Source: a virus
DNA length: 64,000 nucleotides
Reading direction: 5' to 3' (one strand)
IMG/VR virus record: IMGVR_UViG_3300002307_000034
Coordinates: 1 to 64,000 of that record
The notes under the pieces were generated by a model that worked only from the letters and a program-made list of their open reading frames with translations, was not told the DNA's origin and searched no databases. Positions 35,700 through 44,330 of this stretch are shown piece after piece. Every line of letters starts with the position of its first letter. Position 1 is the stretch's first letter. Made by a program: the position numbers and the translations under genes.

Positions 35700-36662
35700 C
35701 TAATTTAAATACTCAAAATTGCTTACTGCATTTTTGATACATTGTTTTATTTCTTCATCTGTGAGATCGCCCACATCTTTTGCATTATGTGGGTATACGA
35801 TATCCATGTCATATGAAGCCCAAGATACTGATTTGTTCTTAAGCCTAAATGCTATTTCTTTTCCTAGTTTTCTTCCTGCCTCATCTGCATCTGTAGCAAT
35901 AATAATAGATGAGGAATATTTATTTAGATTTGCTAAATTTTCTTTTGACAAACTTCCGCCTAAAGTTGCAACAACATTTGGATAACCTGCTTGATGAATT
36001 CTAATTGCATCAAATGATGATTCACAAACTATAATAGTATCGCTTAGCTTTCTTGCTCTGTGTAAATTAAACATAGTAAGGCTGCGTGGAAGATTTGTAC
36101 TATTTTTAAAATACTTTCCTTCAATTGATCTACCTACTAGCCCTACTGGTATCCCAGTAGGGCTATGTACTGGAACAATAACCATATCTTGATTTTCAGA
36201 ATAACCTAATTTAAAATAATTAATAGACTCATGGTTTATACCCCTAGATAAAAAATATTGCTTAGCTCTTTCTGAGCTATTTAAATCTTTAAATAACTTG
36301 TCAAGTGTATCTTGAGAAAACTCTTCAAACTCTGGCTTATCTTCCATCAATGCTTCTAGGTCATCATCAAATGTTTCATATTGTTCTTTTTTAAGATTTG
36401 ACATTAAACGCATAGCTTGAAAATCATTTAAGTGCCCTATTTTTTTTACAAGATCTACAAGTTTGCCTTTTGCTCCACATGAGGGATTGTAACAAACATA
36501 TAAACCTTTTTCATAGCTTACGGCAAATGAAGGTGTTTTTTTATTATCATGAAATGGGCATAAACATAAAAAATCTGTAGATGTTTCAGATGCAATATGC
36601 ACCCCTACAGTTTTTAATACTTCTTTTATTTGTTTTTGATTATATCTTTCAGCAAGCAACAT
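35700..36662 (-). CDS. dnaG: DNA primase (CHC2 Zn finger + TOPRIM)
   Basis: CPFH...TPS, CES.FD, DADEAG, KDVGD. Confidence 0.92.
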   Translation of the reverse strand: MLLAERYNQKQIKEVLKTVGVHIASETSTDFLCLCPFHDNKKTPSFAVSYEKGLYVCYNPSCGAKGKLVDLVKKIGHLNDFQAMRLMSNLKKEQYETFDDDLEALMEDKPEFEEFSQDTLDKLFKDLNSSERAKQYFLSRGINHESINYFKLGYSENQDMVIVPVHSPTGIPVGLVGRSIEGKYFKNSTNLPRSLTMFNLHRARKLSDTIIVCESSFDAIRIHQAGYPNVVATLGGSLSKENLANLNKYSSSIIIATDADEAGRKLGKEIAFRLKNKSVSWASYDMDIVYPHNAKDVGDLTDEEIKQCIKNAVSNFEYLN

Positions 36663-36694
36663 AACTCCATAATATCAAATTTGATATTTCTTGT

Positions 36695-36973
36695 CTATCT
36701 CTTATAGAATTGTTGTCCTGAAAAACCTTCAAGTTGATATGCTTTTTTCTTTCCAACATATACACCATATATTTCTAGGTTGAACCCGTAATTATCTTTT
36801 TTTACATTATATTCAATTGAAAATTGTGGTTCAAGATCAAGTACTGGTACATAGCCTTTAGAACGCATATCTTGTATAAGAAGACGTTCATGCATTTCCC
36901 TTATTCTTTTAATTGAAGCATCATCTTTAATGACCCCACCAATTAAAAAGCTATGTATTTGTTTCTTTAGCAT
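36695..36973 (-). CDS. hypothetical protein
   Basis: ORF with its own -10 box. Confidence 0.65.
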   Translation of the reverse strand: MLKKQIHSFLIGGVIKDDASIKRIREMHERLLIQDMRSKGYVPVLDLEPQFSIEYNVKKDNYGFNLEIYGVYVGKKKAYQLEGFSGQQFYKR

Positions 36974-37011
36974 AATAAACTAATTATACTAAAAGAGTGC
37001 CAGACCTCAAA

Positions 37012-38241
37012 TTATTGTTGAATGTCCATTTCATAGACTTCTTTAACCACACCACGATTTAAGTCCCAATCCAAATAGAAATCAAAATTAGTTCCATGAC
37101 GATTTTTTCTACTTACAATTTCCATTATATTGGTATCTGGTTGTTTATGAACTGCAATTGCCATATCAGCATCATATTCAATTGCTTTTGACCATGCCAC
37201 TTGTGAAAGCATTGGTGGAGAATCTTGATCTGATACATCATCCATTGTTGCAGCAGTAATATCAATTACCGGAATAGCATTTCTTACAGCAAGCAATTTA
37301 AAATCACGAGAAATATTTCTATTTCTTTCTACTTCTGATTTAGCTCCAGATGAATCATTAAATAATTGATGATAATCAAGGATAACAAGATCTGGTTTGT
37401 ATTGGTCAATCTTTGCTTGAACTGTATTTGGAGTTACTTGTCCTTGACCTTCATTTGATATAAGTATGAAACTATTCTTATCCATAAACTTATCTGTTGC
37501 CCATGAATGGAAATCATCCGTATTTACCATTCCTTTAGAAAAATCTGAAGCTCTAAAAAGTCCTGATCCCATCATCGTGTAAATACGATCACGCATATTT
37601 TCTGGAGACATTTCAAGAGATATAATCATAGGTCTAAAACCCTGCTCCCAAGCTTTACAAGCTAGGTAGGAAGAAAACCAAGTCTTACCCCTACCTGGCC
37701 AACCAATCATCACGATAAGGTGTCCTGGAGCCATTCCTGTAGGGTATGCTAGGTCAATGGCATTGAATCCAGTTTTAATTCCTGGACTTCCTCCCATAGC
37801 TAACGAACGCTCACGAATTGATTCAAAATGTTTTTCAGCAAGTTCAAAGTCTGTAAGATCAACATCTCTTACTGCACCTGTAAGTCTAGATAATGCATTT
37901 AATTCCGTTTGCATTTCAAGTATAACTCTTGTAGCAGAATTATTTTTTAAACTTGCTCCATTACGCAAAAGAACATCTTTAACTCTTGTGGTTAAAAATT
38001 CATTCTTTAAATTATCTAAATAATATCCAGTTTCACCTTTTACAGATTCTGGTTCAAAGTCTTTAAACTTTTCTTGAATTACAGATACATCAGGAACAGC
38101 ACGAAACTTTAAATAATAAGATTTAAGGCCTTCCCAGACATCTCTATGTGATGTAAAAATATCATCAACATTATCAGATAGAACCGTTGCAATATCTTTA
38201 TTCTTGCAGATTGCAGATAGTAATGCAGCCTCAGTGTTCAT
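37012..38241 (-). CDS. dnaB: replicative DnaB-like helicase
   Basis: GWPGRGKT, SLEM, ILDY.QL, IEYDAD, KNRHG. Confidence 0.93.
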   Translation of the reverse strand: MNTEAALLSAICKNKDIATVLSDNVDDIFTSHRDVWEGLKSYYLKFRAVPDVSVIQEKFKDFEPESVKGETGYYLDNLKNEFLTTRVKDVLLRNGASLKNNSATRVILEMQTELNALSRLTGAVRDVDLTDFELAEKHFESIRERSLAMGGSPGIKTGFNAIDLAYPTGMAPGHLIVMIGWPGRGKTWFSSYLACKAWEQGFRPMIISLEMSPENMRDRIYTMMGSGLFRASDFSKGMVNTDDFHSWATDKFMDKNSFILISNEGQGQVTPNTVQAKIDQYKPDLVILDYHQLFNDSSGAKSEVERNRNISRDFKLLAVRNAIPVIDITAATMDDVSDQDSPPMLSQVAWSKAIEYDADMAIAVHKQPDTNIMEIVSRKNRHGTNFDFYLDWDLNRGVVKEVYEMDIQQ

Positions 38242-38563
38242 TTAATTCCTGTTCCACTAATAATCTTGTTTTTTTTCTTAATTCTTTTCTATATTCAATA
38301 TCTTCTTCAGATTTTATCATTATGTCATTAAGCTTGTCAAAGTTATATAAAAACCAATTTAATGGATGCCCTGGCTTTTTGCAATGAAAATAATATTCAA
38401 GAAGTTCTTTGGATCTTTCAAATCCTACTGTGTCAATAACATCTTGCATTGCCCATTTTTCACGATATCTATTTACAACAGGTTGCTTATTATATTTTGT
38501 TTTATATAATGCCAGATAAAGAGACACAAGCGAATATGCCTGCTTTGCATCATCCTTTGCCAT
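38231..38563 (-). CDS. hypothetical protein (possible helicase loader)
   Basis: overlaps the dnaB start. Confidence 0.55.
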   Translation of the reverse strand: MAKDDAKQAYSLVSLYLALYKTKYNKQPVVNRYREKWAMQDVIDTVGFERSKELLEYYFHCKKPGHPLNWFLYNFDKLNDIMIKSEEDIEYRKELRKKTRLLVEQELNEH

Positions 38564-38778
38564 TATTTATTTCCTTTAAGCTCTTTTTCGATTTCTTGTA
38601 CTTTTTCAACTAACTTATCTTCAACAAATTTATATACACGATCAGTTGCGGTGGTAGTGTTTTCACCATCTCTTACCCAATCTTCAATACCTATACCAAT
38701 TTTAACACTTTCATAATTACCTAAATTTCTGGTAAAGTGCAATTCAACTTTAACGCTAGTCTGATTCTGCGTCGTCAT
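38563..38778 (-). CDS. conserved-type phage hypothetical protein
   Basis: V.V.L.FTRNLGNYES.KI motif. Confidence 0.65.
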   Translation of the reverse strand: MTTQNQTSVKVELHFTRNLGNYESVKIGIGIEDWVRDGENTTTATDRVYKFVEDKLVEKVQEIEKELKGNK

Positions 38779-38998
38779 TAACTTCATCCTTTTTATTTAT
38801 AGGTAGGCCAAATCCTGGTTTAAATTTTTTAACACTCTTATCAGCTAAATGTTGATATAGCATCATCATTCTATCTGAGATAGCAATTATAGCATCCAAA
38901 TCTTCCTTTTGTAAAGCTAATTCCATTGCATGTTCAAGAATAACTAAAGATAAATCTAGTGCATGCTTTGCATCTTTATTTAATTTATTATCTACCAT
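38756..38998 (-). CDS. hypothetical protein
   Basis: operon context. Confidence 0.6.
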   Translation of the reverse strand: MVDNKLNKDAKHALDLSLVILEHAMELALQKEDLDAIIAISDRMMMLYQHLADKSVKKFKPGFGLPINKKDEVNDDAESD

Positions 38999-39507
38999 TC
39001 AGGTTGTTTCCAAACTGGAACAAATGTTCCATCGTTGTTTTTTGCATATAATATTGTCTCATTTCTAAGCATAGCATCTAACTCTATTCTACTAGGAATA
39101 TTACTTGCTGTCACATTCCCGTCTTTTCTTGGTCTTCCAATATGTACTGTTTTAAAAAATTCTCTAAGTTTTCTGATATCATTTTCAGAAAATAAATATT
39201 TACCAGGGCGATTAGACCCGTCTAGGGAAAAAGCCCTTTGTGGTTTTTCTATATCACCTGATCTAAGGTGTCTTTTGATTGTATCAACATGTCTATTTAT
39301 TAGCTTGCCAACTTCAGAGATGGAGTAAGCGTGTTGTTTATTTTTCTGAACATCAGAATAGTTATAAGCAACACGCTTTCCCTCTAAGAAATTCCACGCT
39401 ATTATAGTATCATCTGGTCTATTTACTTGTAAAGTTCTATGAAGAACATTATTTAAATAGAAATACAGAACTCTTTGTTGAGATCCTTTTCGATTTTTTC
39501 TAGCCAT
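38992..39507 (-). CDS. MerR-like HTH DNA-binding protein
   Basis: YSISEVGKLINRHVDTIKR...G.I..P...YLFSE.DI. Confidence 0.7.
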   Translation of the reverse strand: MARKNRKGSQQRVLYFYLNNVLHRTLQVNRPDDTIIAWNFLEGKRVAYNYSDVQKNKQHAYSISEVGKLINRHVDTIKRHLRSGDIEKPQRAFSLDGSNRPGKYLFSENDIRKLREFFKTVHIGRPRKDGNVTASNIPSRIELDAMLRNETILYAKNNDGTFVPVWKQPEW

Positions 39508-39638
39508 TGTCCTAATGCGTTTCCATCTTTTTTTACTATCCAGCGTTTACCGCAGGAAATGCAGTAGAGCTCCACTCGTGTTTTCTGAGAAAAGACACGA
39601 TCTATAAAAACTCTTCCATTGCATTTTTTACACCACAT
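39453..39638 (-). CDS. zinc-ribbon protein
   Basis: CKKC.GR...C.SCG.R. Confidence 0.65.
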   Translation of the reverse strand: MWCKKCNGRVFIDRVFSQKTRVELYCISCGKRWIVKKDGNALGQWLEKIEKDLNKEFCISI

Positions 39639-39663
39639 ATTAAGTTTTGTCTTCTAAGTAATA

Positions 39664-39927
39664 TTACTTAGTTGCCTTTAACTTTTTTGTGACTGCATCT
39701 GTTGCTTGTTCAGCAACAATACCGAATGCTGGATCATTCTTGTTAACATAACGCAAGATTACTGGAACTAATGAACCCCAGAGTGCGTTTGCTACAAGTG
39801 CGATCTGTGCACCCTTAAAATCAACAATCGAAATATGGCTTGTTTGCGAAACGATTGTTGCAGCTGCAATAACTTGACCTAACAAGTTACGAACATATGA
39901 TTGAATTAACGCTTGGTTAATTTTCAT
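39664..39927 (-). CDS. holin-like small membrane protein
   Basis: SY.R.L...LVPVILRY.N..DPAFG; two hydrophobic segments; GGAG RBS before the ATG at 39927. Confidence 0.55.
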   Translation of the reverse strand: MKINQALIQSYVRNLLGQVIAAATIVSQTSHISIVDFKGAQIALVANALWGSLVPVILRYVNKNDPAFGIVAEQATDAVTKKLKATK

Positions 39928-39943
39928 TATTTTATTGTCTCCT

Positions 39944-40747
39944 TTAGACGCTAAATAATTTCCCATCAACTACACAAGTGTAGTTGGGAGAAATTTCCAC
40001 AATCTGTACATGAGGATGTTCACCATTCTCAATGTGTGCGATTGCGAAACCTTTTTGCCAATTATGATTTTGTGTATATTTCATACCATCACTTTTTTCA
40101 TCACACATGTGTCCAATTTCATATCCACGAATTGTTCTACCGTTTGTTGCAAGTGGAAGTTCGTATGTTTGAAAATGTGAGGCAATTCTGTGTGAGTGTC
40201 CTCTAATTAAAGAAATTTGTAAATCATCAATGTCTTTTCTTACTGCACCTGTATCTGCAATTGAAAGCCCATGATGAACATGTATATCTCCAAAACGTTG
40301 CTTTGGCAATTCATTATAATAAATATATTCATATCCTAATGAATCTAAAGACCAAAGTGATTCTGGTGTGATGTCTGCCAAATATTCTGGCATTTTTTTA
40401 TCAAGATAATCAAACACCCTAATATCATGATTTCCTAGTGCTGAAAACAATTGTGCATTTGGAAGCATATCTCTTGTCTTAGCATAAAAATCTCTTGCAC
40501 CTTTTGCTTCATGTCTCATCATAGGAACAATAAGGTCTTTACTATCATTTTTGTGAAGCTGAAGAAATTCTGCTGATCTTCCCTCTGTATACTTGCTATA
40601 GCAAGCTTGATCATCTGTATCTCCAAGATAATCAACAACTTCTGGCTTAAACCATTTCATGACTTTAAACCATAATTCTATAGCTTTGTCATCTTGATAT
40701 GGAAATTGCTGATCAGACGATAACATCCATTTAAGATCGTTTGTCAT
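39944..40747 (-). CDS. calcineurin-like metallophosphoesterase
   Basis: SDQQ, GDTDD, GNHD, HG, GHSH. Confidence 0.82.
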   Translation of the reverse strand: MTNDLKWMLSSDQQFPYQDDKAIELWFKVMKWFKPEVVDYLGDTDDQACYSKYTEGRSAEFLQLHKNDSKDLIVPMMRHEAKGARDFYAKTRDMLPNAQLFSALGNHDIRVFDYLDKKMPEYLADITPESLWSLDSLGYEYIYYNELPKQRFGDIHVHHGLSIADTGAVRKDIDDLQISLIRGHSHRIASHFQTYELPLATNGRTIRGYEIGHMCDEKSDGMKYTQNHNWQKGFAIAHIENGEHPHVQIVEISPNYTCVVDGKLFSV

Positions 40748-40799
40748 TAAAACCTTTCATTTGGGTTTATTATTGTATATTATATTTTATAAGTCAATA

Positions 40800-41234
40800 T
40801 TACTCGTATGAAATTGCAGTAATATGTACAAAAGCTGGGATACCACCAGCAGGAAATGTGCTTGAAGTAATTGTATGCACATCAAAGCTCATTGCATATG
40901 AACTAGTATCAATATTAGTTAAAACTGGAATCATAGGACCTGGTGCAGCTGAGCATTCTACAACAGCACTTACCACTGGTTTATTTTTAAAAGCATTTGG
41001 TGGAACAACAAGATCTAGGGTTTCTTTTGCCCCATTAATTGTAATAGCCACTGTAGTCTGAAAAACAGACATTGCTTGTATTGTACCTGATTGTAAGTAT
41101 GGAAAAACTGAGGCTGAAGCATAATCTCTGCCTTTATAATAATATTGCCCTTTAGACAAAAATTGTTGAACTGATGCCACTTGTGAGCTTAAAGAGCTTA
41201 TTACTGTTGCATCTATAACTACATTACTTGCCAT
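40800..41234 (-). CDS. tail-associated hypothetical protein
   Basis: end of the tail module; F...PVV.A beta-rich C-terminus. Confidence 0.5.
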   Translation of the reverse strand: MASNVVIDATVISSLSSQVASVQQFLSKGQYYYKGRDYASASVFPYLQSGTIQAMSVFQTTVAITINGAKETLDLVVPPNAFKNKPVVSAVVECSAAPGPMIPVLTNIDTSSYAMSFDVHTITSSTFPAGGIPAFVHITAISYE

Positions 41235-41259
41235 ATTTTTCTCCTTGTACTATTATACC

Positions 41260-41454
41260 TTATGTTAAATTTGGAACTACAAATACATATCCTACAGACC
41301 AATCAGAAACAGCATTATTGTCTCCGCCAACTGCTTGTACTTGAACAACATATGATGTTCCAGCTTTTAATCCTGTAAGTGTTACAGATGATACTGGTAA
41401 AGGATTTCCTGCTGCATCATATATTATTTGCCCTGGAGTTGCTAATACCATCAT
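41260..41454 (-). CDS. small fibronectin type III-like tail protein
   Basis: TLTGLKAGTSYVVQVQAV...SDWS. Confidence 0.65.
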   Translation of the reverse strand: MMVLATPGQIIYDAAGNPLPVSSVTLTGLKAGTSYVVQVQAVGGDNNAVSDWSVGYVFVVPNLT

Positions 41455-43421
41455 GTCACCTGCAAATGATATTCAATATCCATTTGCTGTCCTGAATTTT
41501 TAATAATTGGTGTGGTAAATAAAGATCTACTTGTAAGCTGATATTCTGGTGGAAGAATAACAACTGTAGCTGAAACAGCTTTGGCTGGTGATCCTATTGT
41601 TGCTGTCCCCGTTGTGGCATTTGCAACCACAAATGTATTCTGTGTTGGAACAGAATAAATTGTAAATGTTCCACTATAGCCGGAAGGAGTTATACCAGAT
41701 ATAACCACCTGATTACCGATTGCAAAATTATGAGAACCAGAAGTTGTATATTTTACGTATCCAGAACTTGGTGATGATGGGGTGACTGTTGATATAGCCA
41801 ATGTTCCAGCATACGGATGTCCTGTCCAATAATCATTTGTTACAATCTTTAAAGAATCAAGATATATAACAGATGGTCCTGCTGACATAGTTATGCTTAT
41901 AGAATTTGTAGTTATTCCTGCTGATGGAAAATTTGATGGTAATGGAATTCTTGCTACATTTAATCCTACATTTGTAACAATTCCTGTTGCTGCACATACA
42001 AATGGAGATGAAGAGTTTGTATTGTCTGTAAGATTAACTGTTATTGCAGTATTATTTGCTGCTGATCCAGAATAATATAATAGTAATAAACTATCAGATG
42101 ATGAATGTCCTGTTGTATCCAAAGATATATTATTAATTGATAATGTATCATTAGAATTTAATGCAATATTAAATTGACCATATGTGCTTGGTTGTTGTAA
42201 AGTTGTAGAGTTTAATGACAATGTTCCACCGTATCCATATTGTGTTGATCCAGTTGAATTAGAAGATCCCATGGTTACTACTACTTGATAGTTACCATTA
42301 ATTTGATAAACTGTTCCTGCTCCAGATGGTGTCAATGTTGATCCAGATGCTGCAGTTGCTCCTGTTATATAAACGGAACTTCCTACATTAAGTCCCGATG
42401 CATCTCCAATATTTAAAGTTACATTTGAAGTTCCTGTTAACCATGTATACCCGGATTGTTGTGATAATGCTGAACCATTTATTGTTGTTTGTCCTAATAC
42501 TGATACTTGCGATCCGGTTGATGAACTTGACCATTTACTTAAAGAAGAATCTGTATTTGATTTTTCAGAAAAGCCCGTAAGGTTTCTTGTACTTGCATTA
42601 TTACTTTGTTTTAAATTAATTGGAATAATGCCAACTTCAGATATTCTTGCTGATAAAGCTGGATCTAGAGTAGCTTTTACAATTATTTCATTATTAAAAA
42701 TTGAATTTCCTAAATTATTAGTTAGCACTGTTAATAATGCTGTATTACTTGAAACTACAGTAGAAGATACATCTGTATTAGTTTTTAAATATTGAACTTG
42801 GTATCCATATGATTGTACTGCAGTTCCTCCGGAAACATACGATCCTGTAGCTGCATTTGTTATTGTAAATTGTGATGTAGAAGCGGAAGCAATAACTCCA
42901 GTTATATTATATGTTGCTGGATTTACTCCAGTAATGACTACTGTTTCTCCGACTGTAAATGAATTTGTTGCTGTATAGGTAATTGTTCCACCTGTTGCAG
43001 AAACATTTGTTATTGTAGCCTGCAATGGCTGAATTGATGTTATGTTATATGTTCCATTAAATACTGAATCTATACCAGTCACTTGTATTTTATATCCTGA
43101 TGTTAGCAAAGGTGATGATATTGATTTAAAGTTTAAATATGCAACATTGCTTGTTAATTGTTTATTAAGAATAGCAAATTTAGGACTCATTTTTGCATAT
43201 GACTTTAAAGTAATTGGCATTCTATCTATTTCATAATATAAAACTTTATCTGTTAATGCAGGTGATACTGGAACAGCACCTATGGTTAATCCACCCGCCC
43301 AGTCAATGCTTGACTTAGCCAGGTGTCTATTAATCATATAGAAACCATTTGTAGTAATTAAATTTTCTTGCTCGGCAATAATTTTACCGTTTGATTTTAT
43401 TATATATTTACCTTTTATCAT
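41451..43421 (-). CDS. minor tail / tail fibre protein with repeated beta-domains
   Basis: N-terminal ENLITT.G, C-terminal K...QQMDIEY.L, Ser/Thr/Gly-rich inserts. Confidence 0.7.
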   Translation of the reverse strand: MIKGKYIIKSNGKIIAEQENLITTNGFYMINRHLAKSSIDWAGGLTIGAVPVSPALTDKVLYYEIDRMPITLKSYAKMSPKFAILNKQLTSNVAYLNFKSISSPLLTSGYKIQVTGIDSVFNGTYNITSIQPLQATITNVSATGGTITYTATNSFTVGETVVITGVNPATYNITGVIASASTSQFTITNAATGSYVSGGTAVQSYGYQVQYLKTNTDVSSTVVSSNTALLTVLTNNLGNSIFNNEIIVKATLDPALSARISEVGIIPINLKQSNNASTRNLTGFSEKSNTDSSLSKWSSSSTGSQVSVLGQTTINGSALSQQSGYTWLTGTSNVTLNIGDASGLNVGSSVYITGATAASGSTLTPSGAGTVYQINGNYQVVVTMGSSNSTGSTQYGYGGTLSLNSTTLQQPSTYGQFNIALNSNDTLSINNISLDTTGHSSSDSLLLLYYSGSAANNTAITVNLTDNTNSSSPFVCAATGIVTNVGLNVARIPLPSNFPSAGITTNSISITMSAGPSVIYLDSLKIVTNDYWTGHPYAGTLAISTVTPSSPSSGYVKYTTSGSHNFAIGNQVVISGITPSGYSGTFTIYSVPTQNTFVVANATTGTATIGSPAKAVSATVVILPPEYQLTSRSLFTTPIIKNSGQQMDIEYHLQVT

Positions 43422-44302
43422 ACTGTTGCACTTATCCTAAAATTATAACTTACAGCTCCACCCACTGAATCAAACTTTACGCTTGTTGTATATACAGTAG
43501 ATGAAATTATTGTTGCAGATCCATTAATTATAACAGTTTCTGTTATAGGGACTGCAATAAAAGATGATGGATCTATATAAATATTTTCTGGAGTATCCAA
43601 AGCATAGGTTGGAGCAGGAATTGCTGAAGTAGGTTGTGGAACAGATTGCACATCAGTAGATATTGATGGAGCACTTTCTACAGATCCCGATCCGCCATTT
43701 GCTGGAGGTATAGTTATATCAAGTGTGGGGGCATCAATAATTGGAGAAGAGTTAACTGAGCTATAATCTATTACAGATCCCAAAGAGCTGGAAGAATATG
43801 TAGATGTTGAAACACTTGTATCAGTTCCAAGTGTTTGTAAAGAGCTTCCCCAGGCTCCAGGTCCGTAACCAACGTCCCAATATAATTTCCACCCAGTTTG
43901 AGGATAATATTGATAGTGTTGATTTGCACCAGCATCTGTTGGCATTGGTGGGATTAAAGATGTTCTCCATGCTGAAAAATCTGAAGCAGTTGGAACATAG
44001 CCATTTATTGCTCTAAAAGCAATTGCAAAAGCTTCTGTATTCCTAGGGTCTGTTGGATACAATGGTTGAATTGTTGTATTTGTAGGATTTGAAATTGGTT
44101 GAGTATAGCTTGATACATTTGAACTTGACGAAGTTGTTGAAGTTGTTGATGGTCCCGAAGCAGCTATGATCCCAGCAAGTGTTGTTGTATCAACTGTTGG
44201 TCCTGGATTAGTTGGTACATTTGCAGCAGGATCAATGTAAGTCCAAGTTGTTGCACTTGGACTAGGTTCATTACCTCCATCAATTAGCATTCTATCGTAC
44301 AT
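43418..44302 (-). CDS. minor tail protein, Ser/Thr/Pro-rich
   Basis: position in tail module; composition. Confidence 0.55.
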   Translation of the reverse strand: MYDRMLIDGGNEPSPSATTWTYIDPAANVPTNPGPTVDTTTLAGIIAASGPSTTSTTSSSSNVSSYTQPISNPTNTTIQPLYPTDPRNTEAFAIAFRAINGYVPTASDFSAWRTSLIPPMPTDAGANQHYQYYPQTGWKLYWDVGYGPGAWGSSLQTLGTDTSVSTSTYSSSSLGSVIDYSSVNSSPIIDAPTLDITIPPANGGSGSVESAPSISTDVQSVPQPTSAIPAPTYALDTPENIYIDPSSFIAVPITETVIINGSATIISSTVYTTSVKFDSVGGAVSYNFRISATV

Positions 44303-44330
44303 TAAATCACCACCTTCTATATTATATCAT

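Noticed and set aside
23267-38241. Inteins or introns in TerL, RecA, DnaE, DnaB
   Set aside because: Lengths are ordinary, motifs are contiguous, and no intein-type splice junctions or homing endonuclease inserts were seen
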